From a virus: DNA of 38,615 bases. Below the pieces are notes generated by a model. That model was given only the letters and a program-made list of their open reading frames with translations, ran no database searches and was not told the origin of the DNA. The stretch lies in the UHGV virus genome UHGV-0210052; one strand, 5' to 3'. The position numbers and the translations under genes are program-made. Position 1 is the first letter of the stretch; every line of letters starts with the position of its first letter. Shown in pieces: positions 1-8,532 of this stretch.

Positions 1-282
1 ATGAAGCTAAACATCGACCTCGGCAAATACGTTATCACCGGAACCAAACACGATCTGATTCTTAGCGAAAGAGGAATTATCAAAGAAGGCGAGAATGCAG
101 GGAAAGAAACACTAAGTCGTATCGGTTATTACAGCAAGTTTGAGCATCTGGTTAAAGAGTTATGCAACCGTGAAATCCTGTTATCTCAGGCGCAGACGCT
201 ACAGGATATTAAGCAGCATATCGAGACTTTAGGTGTGTCACTCAGCATGGCTATTGACCAGTTCGTGGAGAGTAAATCATGA
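1..282 (+). CDS. hypothetical early-left (ea) protein, 93 aa
   Basis: ORF starts at base 1 (ATG); same strand as the ea operon; stop overlaps next start (ATGA); no recognisable motif. Confidence 0.4.
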   Translation: MKLNIDLGKYVITGTKHDLILSERGIIKEGENAGKETLSRIGYYSKFEHLVKELCNREILLSQAQTLQDIKQHIETLGVSLSMAIDQFVESKS

Positions 283-443
283 GAGGACTTGCATACAATC
301 CCGGCATTCTTCCGGCAGAAATGATTATTCGCCAACGCGTAAATCCAATGCCATCGAGAGAGGAATTGCTTAAAAGAAATTCTTTTCCATCAGTGAATCA
401 AAACAAATATCTGAATGCGATGTTGCGGAGTGGGAAGAAATGA
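279..443 (+). CDS. small hypothetical protein, 54 aa
   Basis: Below track size cutoff; ATG overlaps upstream TGA (ATGA) and its stop overlaps the next ATG, a translational-coupling chain. Confidence 0.3.
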   Translation: MRGLAYNPGILPAEMIIRQRVNPMPSREELLKRNSFPSVNQNKYLNAMLRSGKK

Positions 444-829
444 AACAAATGTCACTAATTGAGATGGATGGATTTCTTAAAGGTAAATGCATCCCAAGTG
501 ATTTAAAGGTTAACGAAACAAACGCTGAATATCTGGTGCGTAAATTTGCTGAAGCGGAGGCCAAGTGCGCGGCGCTGGCGGCGGAGAATGCAAAGCTGAA
601 GGATTACCTGGCCCCTATAGGGCTGAAGGTTGAAGGGACTCCAGCCACCGACACTTTCCTGGATGAAGTCCGGGCGCAGGGCGTGGAGATGCTGGCAAAA
701 AATCATCAGAGTATCGTCAATGCACTTAAGGGAGATTCTTTATTTTCTGATGGTGAATACCGACATGCAGCTATTGTTTCCGCAGCTGTATATTTCGCTG
801 CAGAGCTTCGCAAAGGAGGCAACCAGTGA
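440..829 (+). CDS. hypothetical ea protein, 129 aa
   Basis: Intact ORF; coiled-coil-like Ala/Glu-rich middle; stop overlaps next GTG start. Confidence 0.5.
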   Translation: MKQMSLIEMDGFLKGKCIPSDLKVNETNAEYLVRKFAEAEAKCAALAAENAKLKDYLAPIGLKVEGTPATDTFLDEVRAQGVEMLAKNHQSIVNALKGDSLFSDGEYRHAAIVSAAVYFAAELRKGGNQ

Positions 830-1470
830 GTAACCGTTTTTACATGATGTGCTTGCGTGAAACTGTGGGTAATAACGCCTCATTCCATTGCCATAACGGT
901 AATGGTTACAGTTCTGATATCGATCGAGCACATGTTTACACGCAGGAAGAAGCCCAAAAAGCCTGGAATTGTGGTCGAGATATCGATCAGCCTGTTTGCG
1001 CTGATAGCGTGGATGCAATGGCTGTGTGGCACGTTGATTGCCAGTACATCCCTACAGAAAGCCTGATTGAGTCAGATTGCACTGCGTATGTGGCCTACAA
1101 AAAAGGTAGCTGGAACGGCAACGATGTTTACTGGCTTCAACACGGTGGATTGCCAACAGATGACTTCAGTAAAGCGACCATCTTTAGCGTCGCCAACAAA
1201 AACGAACCAGGAATAGTTTGGTTGCCATTTTCCATTGCTGATGCAGCAAAGCGCCGGACGTTCAATATCAATAACTTTAATCGCAGAACAATGGTTCAGG
1301 GCGCAGGTTTGGTCATGCCTGACTGGTTGAAAGAGCAGAACAGAAGAAAGAAGTCGCGAAGCGGGAAGGTGCGTTGGAATTGTCCGCATTGCGGAAAAAT
1401 AACCTGGCAGTACAGCCCATATGATTTTGAAGGCTGTAGTGATTACAACTGTGAAGAATGGCGAGAATGA
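826..1470 (+). CDS. hypothetical Cys-rich protein, 214 aa
   Basis: GTG start with AAGGAGG SD 7 nt upstream; C-terminal CPHCG...C..C cluster suggests a zinc ribbon. Confidence 0.5.
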   Translation: MSNRFYMMCLRETVGNNASFHCHNGNGYSSDIDRAHVYTQEEAQKAWNCGRDIDQPVCADSVDAMAVWHVDCQYIPTESLIESDCTAYVAYKKGSWNGNDVYWLQHGGLPTDDFSKATIFSVANKNEPGIVWLPFSIADAAKRRTFNINNFNRRTMVQGAGLVMPDWLKEQNRRKKSRSGKVRWNCPHCGKITWQYSPYDFEGCSDYNCEEWRE

Positions 1471-2165
1471 AAATTGACTATCAGGCACTGCGTGAAAAGG
1501 CAGAGAAAGCAACGTGTGGTGTGTGGTCGCTCGAATATGGAAAGGGCCGATTTGATGGTGATGATGCACTAATTCATCGTGAAGTTGCTGGATATATTCC
1601 TATTTGCAGAATTGAAGGAGCGCATCCAGAAAGCGGTTTCGATGAAGATTTCCAAATGGAACAGCAGGCCAACGCTGAATTCATCGCCGCAGCCAATCCG
1701 GCTACCGTCTTGGCGCTGCTGGGCGAGCTGGAAACAGCAAAAAAGCGCATAGCAGAACTGGAAGCCGAACCTGTAAGCCAAACTTGCAAGTTGCCAGTTA
1801 ATACACCTTGCCAAGATGCGCCAGCCCATATCTGGCTGCAAACGGCTGGAGTATGGCCAGAAGATGGCGAGTTAAGCGAATTAACGTGGTGCAGCCACAA
1901 TCAGCACCATGATGACACGCTATATGTTCGAGCTGACCTTGTGAATGGCAACTCTCCGGTAACTCCGGATGGTTGGATAAGCTGTAGTGAGCGAATGCCG
2001 GATAAGTTAATTCCGGTAATGGTCATGTATGAAGACGGTGAGATGTGGTCTGCAATGTGGAATGGTAATCGCTGGGATGATGGCACCGAATATCCGGATC
2101 CGCACTCAGTTACGCACTGGCGTGAAATGCCAGCAGCACCTAAGCAGGAGGTTAACCGTGGCTAA
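1458..2165 (+). CDS. Ead/Ea22-like protein with DUF551-like C-terminal domain
   Basis: N-terminal ALREKAEKATCG...ANAEFIAAANPATVLALLGELE matches the Ea22-like family of lambdoid prophages as recalled; alternative start ATG 1467. Confidence 0.6.
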   Translation: MARMKIDYQALREKAEKATCGVWSLEYGKGRFDGDDALIHREVAGYIPICRIEGAHPESGFDEDFQMEQQANAEFIAAANPATVLALLGELETAKKRIAELEAEPVSQTCKLPVNTPCQDAPAHIWLQTAGVWPEDGELSELTWCSHNQHHDDTLYVRADLVNGNSPVTPDGWISCSERMPDKLIPVMVMYEDGEMWSAMWNGNRWDDGTEYPDPHSVTHWREMPAAPKQEVNRG

Positions 2166-2442
2166 CCTGCAACTTGCCGTTAAAGGTGAATATTTCGACC
2201 AGATGAAGTCATACGAGAAAACGGAAGAGTATCGCCTGTGTAATGATTACTGGAAAAAGCGAATTATGTTCCGGAAGTATGACCGCCTGATTATCACAAA
2301 GGGATATCCGAAGCGCGACGATTCCAGTCGCAGAATTGATGTTCCGTATGGTGGATATGAAATCAAAACAATCACACATCCGCACTTCGGTGATAAACCG
2401 GTAAAGGTGTTCGCGATAAAGGTGAATATCAGCAATGAATAA
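2158..2442 (+). CDS. hypothetical protein, 94 aa
   Basis: GTG start at 2158 with AGGAGG SD at 2146-2151; the track's 2029 start lies inside the upstream gene. Confidence 0.45.
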   Translation: MANLQLAVKGEYFDQMKSYEKTEEYRLCNDYWKKRIMFRKYDRLIITKGYPKRDDSSRRIDVPYGGYEIKTITHPHFGDKPVKVFAIKVNISNE

Positions 2443-2443
2443 C

Positions 2444-2473
2444 AATCCTCGCACTCGCGGGGATTTCTTTTAT
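2444..2473 (+). terminator. intrinsic terminator-like hairpin
   Basis: 9 bp stem (AATCCTCGC/GCGGGGATT, one G-U) with 4 nt loop followed by TCTTTTAT. Confidence 0.45.
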
Positions 2474-2501
2474 CTGAACTCGCTACGGCGAGTTTTGTTT
2501 T

Positions 2502-2813
2502 ATGGAGATGATTATGGCCTGTTCAACATTCAACCATCTAACGTTACAGAAATACCAGACAGACCCTGAAGATTTATGCTCACTGTGTGGCGGAAATCAT
2601 GGTAAAGCCGCCATGATCGAATGTAAGGACAAAATCCACATTTGCCTTAATTGCGTTGATGTCCTCGTTGATATCAAAAATGAGAGAGAAGATAAAAAGC
2701 GTAGCGAGGCTGTTCGCGCCTTAGATTCATGGATGCGGGATGGATATAGTGCCGCGCAAATTTATGACTTAGCAATATCAAAAGGAGAAATACCAGGAGT
2801 GCGCATCGAATAA
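2502..2813 (+). CDS. hypothetical Cys-rich protein, 103 aa
   Basis: Intact ORF with CxxC ... CxxC pattern; followed by a terminator. Confidence 0.45.
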   Translation: MEMIMACSTFNHLTLQKYQTDPEDLCSLCGGNHGKAAMIECKDKIHICLNCVDVLVDIKNEREDKKRSEAVRALDSWMRDGYSAAQIYDLAISKGEIPGVRIE

Positions 2814-2854
2814 GACGTAACCAACATTCGAATTGAAGAACTGAAAGAACACCA

Positions 2855-2878
2855 AGCCGCCTGATGGCGGTTTTTTAT
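2855..2878 (+). terminator. rho-independent terminator at end of ea gene block
   Basis: AGCCGCC-TGAT-GGCGGTT hairpin followed by TTTTTATTG. Confidence 0.55.
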
Positions 2879-2886
2879 TGCCTGAT

Positions 2887-2902
2887 TTGCAGGTTCGATT
2901 CC
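2887..2902 (+). other. tRNA-Arg (argW) T-arm-like fragment upstream of torI
   Basis: TTGCAGGTTCGATTCC matches the T-stem/loop of E. coli tRNA-Arg(CCU) as recalled; identity ends after CC. Confidence 0.4.
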
Positions 2903-2921
2903 CTATTCGGAGATAGCACTC

Positions 2922-3122
2922 ATGCAACACGAACTACAACCTGATTCACTGGTTGATTTGAAATTCATCATGGCTGATACTGGCTTCGGTAAAACCTTCA
3001 TCTACGACCGGATTAAGTCCGGCGACCTGCCAAAAGCCAAAGTTATCCACGGGCGAGCAAGATGGTTATATCGTGACCATTGTGAATTCAAAAATAAGCT
3101 CTTAAGCCGCGCCAATGGGTAA
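2922..3122 (+). CDS. torI: TorI-like excisionase / recombination directionality factor, 66 aa
   Basis: Protein matches, from memory, the 66 aa TorI excisionase of the KplE1/CPS-53 prophage; lies immediately upstream of attP core and int. Confidence 0.7.
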   Translation: MQHELQPDSLVDLKFIMADTGFGKTFIYDRIKSGDLPKAKVIHGRARWLYRDHCEFKNKLLSRANG

Positions 3123-3137
3123 AATAGCGGGTAAAAT
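3117..3137 (+). repeat. two direct GGGTAAAAT repeats at torI stop (putative arm-type recombinase sites)
   Basis: GGGTAAAAT at 3117-3125 and 3129-3137; same motif recurs at 3327-3371. Confidence 0.45.
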
Positions 3138-3195
3138 ATTTCTCACATCTAAAAAACACCATTCAAATCAATCCCCTGCCTCGTCAAGTAGATGT

Positions 3196-3210
3196 CTGCA
3201 GGGGACACCA
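3196..3210 (+). other. attP core: identity to 3-prime end of tRNA-Arg argW
   Basis: CTGCAGGGGACACCA equals T-stem 3-prime half, acceptor 3-prime strand, discriminator and CCA of argW as recalled; flanked by CCCCTGC/GCAGGGG inverted repeat; lies between torI and int. Confidence 0.6.
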
Positions 3211-3326
3211 TTTATCAGTTCGCTCCCATCCGTACCAGTCCGCAAAATCCCCTGAATATCAAGCCTTACGTATATTCACGGTTCGTCATGGTTCGCGTCA
3301 GATCGTTGACAGCCGCACTCCATGAC

Positions 3327-3371
3327 GGGTAAAAAGTGGATAAAATAATTTTACCCACCGGATTTTTACCC
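3327..3371. repeat. GGGTAAAA motif cluster abutting int start codon
   Basis: GGGTAAAAA at 3327-3335 direct; TTTTACCC at 3349-3356 and 3364-3371 inverted; last copy ends 1 nt before int ATG. Confidence 0.45.
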
Positions 3372-4529
3372 ATGCTCACCGTTAAGCAGATTGAAGCAGC
3401 AAAGCCGAAAGAAAAACCATACCGCCTACTCGATGGTAATGGCCTGTACCTTTATGTCCCTGTATCAGGGAAAAAGGTATGGCAGCTTCGCTACAAGATT
3501 GACGGTAAGGAGAAAATCCTGACTGTCGGAAAATATCCGCTTATGACTTTGCAGGAAGCAAGGGATAAGGCATGGACTGCGAGGAAAGACATCTCGGTTG
3601 GCATCGATCCGGTAAAGGCGAAAAAGTCTTCGTCTAGCAACAATTCATTTAGTGCGATTTACAAGGAATGGTACGAGCACAAGAAGCAAGTCTGGTCAGT
3701 AGGCTATGCAACTGAACTTGCCAAAATGTTTGATGACGACATTTTACCCATCATCGGCGGTCTTGAGATTCAGGATATTGAGCCGATGCAACTGCTGGAA
3801 GTAATCCGCAGATTTGAAGATCGCGGTGCAATGGAGCGAGCCAACAAAGCCCGCAGAAGATGCGGCGAGGTTTTTCGTTACGCTATTGTCACTGGTAGGG
3901 CTAAATATAACCCGGCACCTGACCTTGCTGACGCCATGAAGGGATACCGCAAGAAGAACTTCCCGTTTTTACCTGCCGACCAGATCCCGGCATTCAACAA
4001 AGCACTTGCAACATTTTCAGGAAGTATCGTATCGCTCATTGCGACCAAAGTTTTACGCTACACAGCCCTAAGAACGAAAGAGCTTCGTTCCATGCAATGG
4101 AAGAACGTCGATTTTGAAAACAGGATTATCACCATCGACGCCAGTGTGATGAAGGGACGCAAAATTCATGTTGTCCCGATGTCAGACCAGGTGGTTGAAC
4201 TTCTCACTACGCTAAGCTCAATCACTAAACCAGTATCAGAGTTTGTTTTTGCCGGGCGCAACGATAAGAAAAAGCCAATCTGCGAGAACGCGGTATTGCT
4301 TGTGATCAAACAAATCGGCTATGAGGGTCTGGAAAGCGGTCACGGATTCAGGCATGAATTCAGCACGATTATGAACGAGCACGAATGGCCTGCTGACGCT
4401 ATTGAAGTGCAACTTGCACATGCCAACGGCGGATCTGTGCGCGGGATTTACAACCATGCTCAGTATCTAGATAAGCGCAGAGAAATGATGCAGTGGTGGG
4501 CTGACTGGATTGATGAAAAGGTGGAGTGA
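3372..4529 (+). CDS. intS: tyrosine integrase, IntS (CPS-53/KplE1) type, 385 aa
   Basis: From MLTVKQIEAAKPKEK the protein matches K-12 IntS as recalled; C-terminal R...HGFRH...Y catalytic motifs; track GTG 3336 start rejected. Confidence 0.9.
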   Translation: MLTVKQIEAAKPKEKPYRLLDGNGLYLYVPVSGKKVWQLRYKIDGKEKILTVGKYPLMTLQEARDKAWTARKDISVGIDPVKAKKSSSSNNSFSAIYKEWYEHKKQVWSVGYATELAKMFDDDILPIIGGLEIQDIEPMQLLEVIRRFEDRGAMERANKARRRCGEVFRYAIVTGRAKYNPAPDLADAMKGYRKKNFPFLPADQIPAFNKALATFSGSIVSLIATKVLRYTALRTKELRSMQWKNVDFENRIITIDASVMKGRKIHVVPMSDQVVELLTTLSSITKPVSEFVFAGRNDKKKPICENAVLLVIKQIGYEGLESGHGFRHEFSTIMNEHEWPADAIEVQLAHANGGSVRGIYNHAQYLDKRREMMQWWADWIDEKVE

Positions 4530-4713
4530 TCGATCTTAACCACTATCGGATAGTACAAAGCTTTGTGTGCCTCGTTCATGCCTCACATTACCTGGCAATC
4601 ATCAAATTCACCAGAACGTTCATAAATCGTCTTTGTGATCTGCTTCACTGTTAGACGTAATACTTTTTGCAGTTATTTTATAATCATAGAAATGCTCATC
4701 ATGAGCAGTGAGT

Positions 4714-4744
4714 TGGTGATCTGCGCTGGTAGCCCTGCTATAAT
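4714..4744 (+). promoter_or_regulatory. candidate promoter for acyltransferase gene
   Basis: TATAAT at 4739-4744 with TTGGTG at 4714-4719 (19 bp spacer, suboptimal). Confidence 0.3.
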
Positions 4745-4762
4745 CCTTTGAAATTTTATCTC

Positions 4763-5902
4763 ATGGTGTGCATTATGATCTTTGAGGCGCAAAGTCTTTA
4801 TTTATATTTTTTGTCTCTTTTAGCCGTTGTGTTATGTATTACACTATTGACACGATATAACTATTTTTCTCACATCAACTTTGCAAGTAACAGGTATTTC
4901 TTTATAGACGGATTGCGTGGGATAGCTGCGTTCAGCGTTCTTATTAATCACGGCGCTCATACAATTATTACCAATGGAGTTCAGCCCATATTTATAGACT
5001 TCACAAAATACTCCATCACAGGGAATATGGGTAGCTTCGGTGTACAGATTTTCTTTTGCATTACAGGATTTTTGTTCTTTGATAAATTAATAAAAGGAAA
5101 TAATACATTTGACTGGAATAAATTTTATGTTGCTCGGATAAAAAGACTCGTTCCTCTATATATGCTTACTGCGCTTTTGGTGGCAATTTTAGCTATTATA
5201 TTATCCGGCAGTTCAGCAAGGCTTAACTTTGTTGATTTTTCAAGCTTCCTAAATTTTTTTGGGTTTGGATTTTTGGGCACAGAAATCTTCATTGGCTCTT
5301 TTAACGCATCAGGATTAAATGCGGTGATATGGACTCTACCGTATGAATGGAGGTTTTATTTAATTTTCCCTCTATTATCGATTGCCATCGCAAGCAAGAG
5401 ATATGGTATGTTTGCCATTTCCGCAGTAATGTTACTTGCGGCAAGAGACTTTATGACAGAATTTGTTTTGTGGCCATATTTTATAGTTGGCGCCTTAGGT
5501 GCATATATATTCAATAAATCTTATGTTAACATTGATGATAAATATTGGATATTCTCATTCATTTCTTTCATAGCTATTTTTGTTATCTTCTGCTCTTCCG
5601 CAGACAGCTATGGACGAATCAGATTTGCATGCATTTCATTACTATTTATAATGGTACTTATAACTAAACCAAAAATATTTAAAATAAAATCATTAGTTTA
5701 TTTAGGTGAGGCAAGTTATAGTCTTTATTTGCTGCATTTGCCTATCATGGCTATAGTAATGAGAACAATAAATAATTTCTATAACCTATCGAGCATGTCT
5801 ACTGTGAATTACACAATTTTGATAGCCTTTATTGCATCTCTGTGTAGCGTTATTTCCTGTATCTGTTTTAAGAATTTTGAGTGGAGATTCATTAAAAAGT
5901 AA
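4763..5902 (+). CDS. membrane acyltransferase family 3 (OafA/Oac-like), candidate O-antigen acetyltransferase
   Basis: Multi-TM protein with R...FIDGLRGIAAFSVLINHG acyltransferase_3 motif; very AT-rich versus flanks; start uncertain (track TTG 4748, ATG 4763 or 4775). Confidence 0.75.
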   Translation: MVCIMIFEAQSLYLYFLSLLAVVLCITLLTRYNYFSHINFASNRYFFIDGLRGIAAFSVLINHGAHTIITNGVQPIFIDFTKYSITGNMGSFGVQIFFCITGFLFFDKLIKGNNTFDWNKFYVARIKRLVPLYMLTALLVAILAIILSGSSARLNFVDFSSFLNFFGFGFLGTEIFIGSFNASGLNAVIWTLPYEWRFYLIFPLLSIAIASKRYGMFAISAVMLLAARDFMTEFVLWPYFIVGALGAYIFNKSYVNIDDKYWIFSFISFIAIFVIFCSSADSYGRIRFACISLLFIMVLITKPKIFKIKSLVYLGEASYSLYLLHLPIMAIVMRTINNFYNLSSMSTVNYTILIAFIASLCSVISCICFKNFEWRFIKK

Positions 5903-5906
5903 CATT

Positions 5907-5933
5907 GCGGGGCGATGGCCCCGCTTGATTTCC
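5907..5933. terminator. bidirectional terminator between acyltransferase and tailspike
   Basis: GCGGGGC-GATG-GCCCCGC 7 bp GC-rich hairpin with T-rich tracts on both sides. Confidence 0.6.
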
Positions 5934-5934
5934 G

Positions 5935-8133
5935 CTACGCTATATTAAGATTACCATATGTATTGTTTCCAAGACCATACCATGCCCAGTTTGTTCCTGA
6001 TGCAGGAGTACCTGCATTGTGAATCATATCGCCTATATTTATCAGCACTTTCCCAGGGTATGTTGTAGTAGGAGCAGTGTCTATTCCAGCAGACACATCG
6101 GCAAAACGCCAACCACAGGAAACCATATCTGCGTTATCTCTAAATTTCTTAATTGAAAACGTGTATCTGTTTCCTCTATATATCATTCCAGCAAAACTAG
6201 GCCAGTCAATAAGTTGATTTACTGGTGAGTTTAAAGTGTTACTAAACTCATTATTTTCAATAACTGGTTCATCGATACGCACACCCGAAGTTGATACTAG
6301 ATATGTAGAATCAAAGTCGTTGTCAGAAATAATTGGAGCATAACCACCAATTTCACAACCTGTATTGCCATGAACAAAATATGACTTATTCCCTCGGTAT
6401 ATAGATTTTCTCCATGTGGGCATTGTTACTTTTACGGCATCAGTTCTATCAAACTGGTTGTTTTCAATCACAAGTCCATAACAATATGCAGACATCTGAG
6501 TTTCAGCATAATCATTTATGGCATAACCACCGCCTTTAAATGTATTTTTTGTTATTTTAATTCCATTGAATGATGTTGAGTAGTCATTACTACCATTCCA
6601 GATAATTAGAATATGAGATGAAAATGTGCCATCCTCGTTCTGATCCCCAATGCTTATATTGCTATCAATAACAACATTCTGCGCTGCAACACCGTTAGAT
6701 TCACCTCCTATCTCAACGAATATTCCTTGTCCTGTTTTGATGTTATTCGATATAACTGCACCACCAGTCACCCCCCAAGGAGTAATCCTAGACTGAATAC
6801 TTATAGGGCTTATAAAGTGATTTCTTTCTGCAATTAAATATTTTGTTCTTGCTGAGCACGCAAAATCTTCACCAAAAGTATGCCATTTTCTGCCTGTTCT
6901 GTACGTTTGGCAGTCAATCATCTTAGCAATTCCATTAAGATTTTTAGTGAAAAATGTATAATTTGTTACCAAATCAGTCCTTACATTGCTAAGAGTTATA
7001 TCCTCATTTGGTATAGCACCGTCACCATCAGCATCTGCCATTACAAAGATTCTTGCAGCCAATACGTCAATATCATTAATAGATCCACTACTCCCCTCAA
7101 GTGCGAAACCAAACCAATTCTCTTGAGGGGTAAACGTGGTATCTGAAGGTCCAGTTGAAAAATTTGTGCATGACTGGTTTAACTTTATACCATTAAATTT
7201 AAAGTTTTTGCAGTTGAATAAACCAAAGCAAACACGCTCAGCCTCACCATTTCCATCTGTATTTATATTTACATCATTATCTGCGTAAACAAATAAATTA
7301 TTTTTACCATTAATTACAATTGCTGTTTTACGTATAACACCTGCAGAGTCATGATATTGCTGGCTGATTTGGTAATTAAACTTTATCTCACCGGCGCTAA
7401 AACGTATTGCTCTAACACCACCAAATTTTGATATACAAGCGTTAACCGATGCCGTTGAATCATGCACTCCGTTAATATCATGTCCAGCCCAAACTGTATG
7501 TATGCCATCGAGCACACAATTCGAACGGATCCAGCAACCAGAGCCACCACCATCACTCTCACCAGTTCCCGCAAGGAAAGCAGCGAGCTCAGCATACGAA
7601 CCATCCCACGGAACTGTGGGGCTAAATATGGTGATACCGTTGTGCTGAGATTTAGGCATGCTGGCATCCCAGTAAAACTGCCCGCCGCCAAAGTTGGTTC
7701 CTGGTACGTATCCAATTACATTTAATGTGTGATTCCCAGCAGGCTCGCTCATTAAGGTATGGATGTCAGGAACATTCTCCATTCGCTGGCTAAACTGATC
7801 GGGATCATACTTCAGCACATTGGGAAAATAGAACTGCTGCGAACCATACGCATCATATACAGCCATGGAATGGCCTTGCACAGTTACGAACTTGGCAATC
7901 TGTCCGTTATATACCGGATATCCGGCAGCGTTAATGATTATTGGTTGCGAAACAGGAACGTGAGAGCCGTCTTCGTTCTCTATATAAACCTGAATCTGGT
8001 TTTCTGAATTTACGGGGTCAGCGTCAATTTTACCGATATAAATTTTACCATTGGCAACTGCTTTAAAAGAACGCGCCATAGTGAAGAGTTGCGAAGGCAT
8101 GCTTACCACAACATTTGCGGTGATATCTGACAT
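5935..8133 (-). CDS. tailspike protein, P22-like head-binding N-terminus plus distinct receptor-binding domain, 732 aa
   Basis: [37 protein letters not shown] matches P22 gp9 N-terminal domain as recalled; GGAG SD before ATG 8133; track start 8181 rejected. Confidence 0.9.
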   Translation of the reverse strand: MSDITANVVVSMPSQLFTMARSFKAVANGKIYIGKIDADPVNSENQIQVYIENEDGSHVPVSQPIIINAAGYPVYNGQIAKFVTVQGHSMAVYDAYGSQQFYFPNVLKYDPDQFSQRMENVPDIHTLMSEPAGNHTLNVIGYVPGTNFGGGQFYWDASMPKSQHNGITIFSPTVPWDGSYAELAAFLAGTGESDGGGSGCWIRSNCVLDGIHTVWAGHDINGVHDSTASVNACISKFGGVRAIRFSAGEIKFNYQISQQYHDSAGVIRKTAIVINGKNNLFVYADNDVNINTDGNGEAERVCFGLFNCKNFKFNGIKLNQSCTNFSTGPSDTTFTPQENWFGFALEGSSGSINDIDVLAARIFVMADADGDGAIPNEDITLSNVRTDLVTNYTFFTKNLNGIAKMIDCQTYRTGRKWHTFGEDFACSARTKYLIAERNHFISPISIQSRITPWGVTGGAVISNNIKTGQGIFVEIGGESNGVAAQNVVIDSNISIGDQNEDGTFSSHILIIWNGSNDYSTSFNGIKITKNTFKGGGYAINDYAETQMSAYCYGLVIENNQFDRTDAVKVTMPTWRKSIYRGNKSYFVHGNTGCEIGGYAPIISDNDFDSTYLVSTSGVRIDEPVIENNEFSNTLNSPVNQLIDWPSFAGMIYRGNRYTFSIKKFRDNADMVSCGWRFADVSAGIDTAPTTTYPGKVLINIGDMIHNAGTPASGTNWAWYGLGNNTYGNLNIA

Positions 8134-8254
8134 TTCATTGCTCCAGACGAATGATATGATGCAACCATGATGTGATTGCATACCGAAATGGTACTATTGA
8201 GTATTTATCCAGTAGGTTACGATGCCATTCCACCCAACTGGTGAGGCATCAAGG

Positions 8255-8515
8255 ATGTACAGCAAATACGACGAGGCGCAGTTTCACTTGAGACTTCCGC
8301 ATGAACTCCACGCGAAAATTAAGCAGCGTGCGAAGATGAATAACAGGTCGCTGAACTCAGAGATAATTGCAGCGATTGAAGAATCATTGGCTAAACAAAG
8401 CTCTGCATCTGTTTACATTGACGATGCAGAGCGTATGGCAGAACAACAATCTGATATGGTTAAGAAAATTGTCTTTGATACGCTCAAGGAGCTATATAAA
8501 AAAGACAGCAGCTAA
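8255..8515 (+). CDS. mnt: Mnt-like ribbon-helix-helix repressor, 86 aa
   Basis: FHLRLPHELHAKIKQRAKMNNRSLNSEI and C-terminal VKKIVFDTLKELYKK resemble P22 Mnt as recalled; GAGG SD 8 nt before ATG 8255. Confidence 0.75.
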   Translation: MYSKYDEAQFHLRLPHELHAKIKQRAKMNNRSLNSEIIAAIEESLAKQSSASVYIDDAERMAEQQSDMVKKIVFDTLKELYKKDSS

Positions 8516-8532
8516 CCATCCGTTGCTTTCCG

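Noticed and set aside
3336-3371. GTG-initiated extension of integrase (track 397 aa)
   Set aside because: The extension covers the GGGTAAAA repeat cluster; the IntS-like protein as recalled begins at MLTVKQ (ATG 3372).
8134-8181. Upstream extension of the tailspike ORF
   Set aside because: The conserved tailspike N-terminus [10 protein letters not shown] begins at ATG 8133 with a GGAG SD; the upstream 16 codons are not part of known tailspikes.
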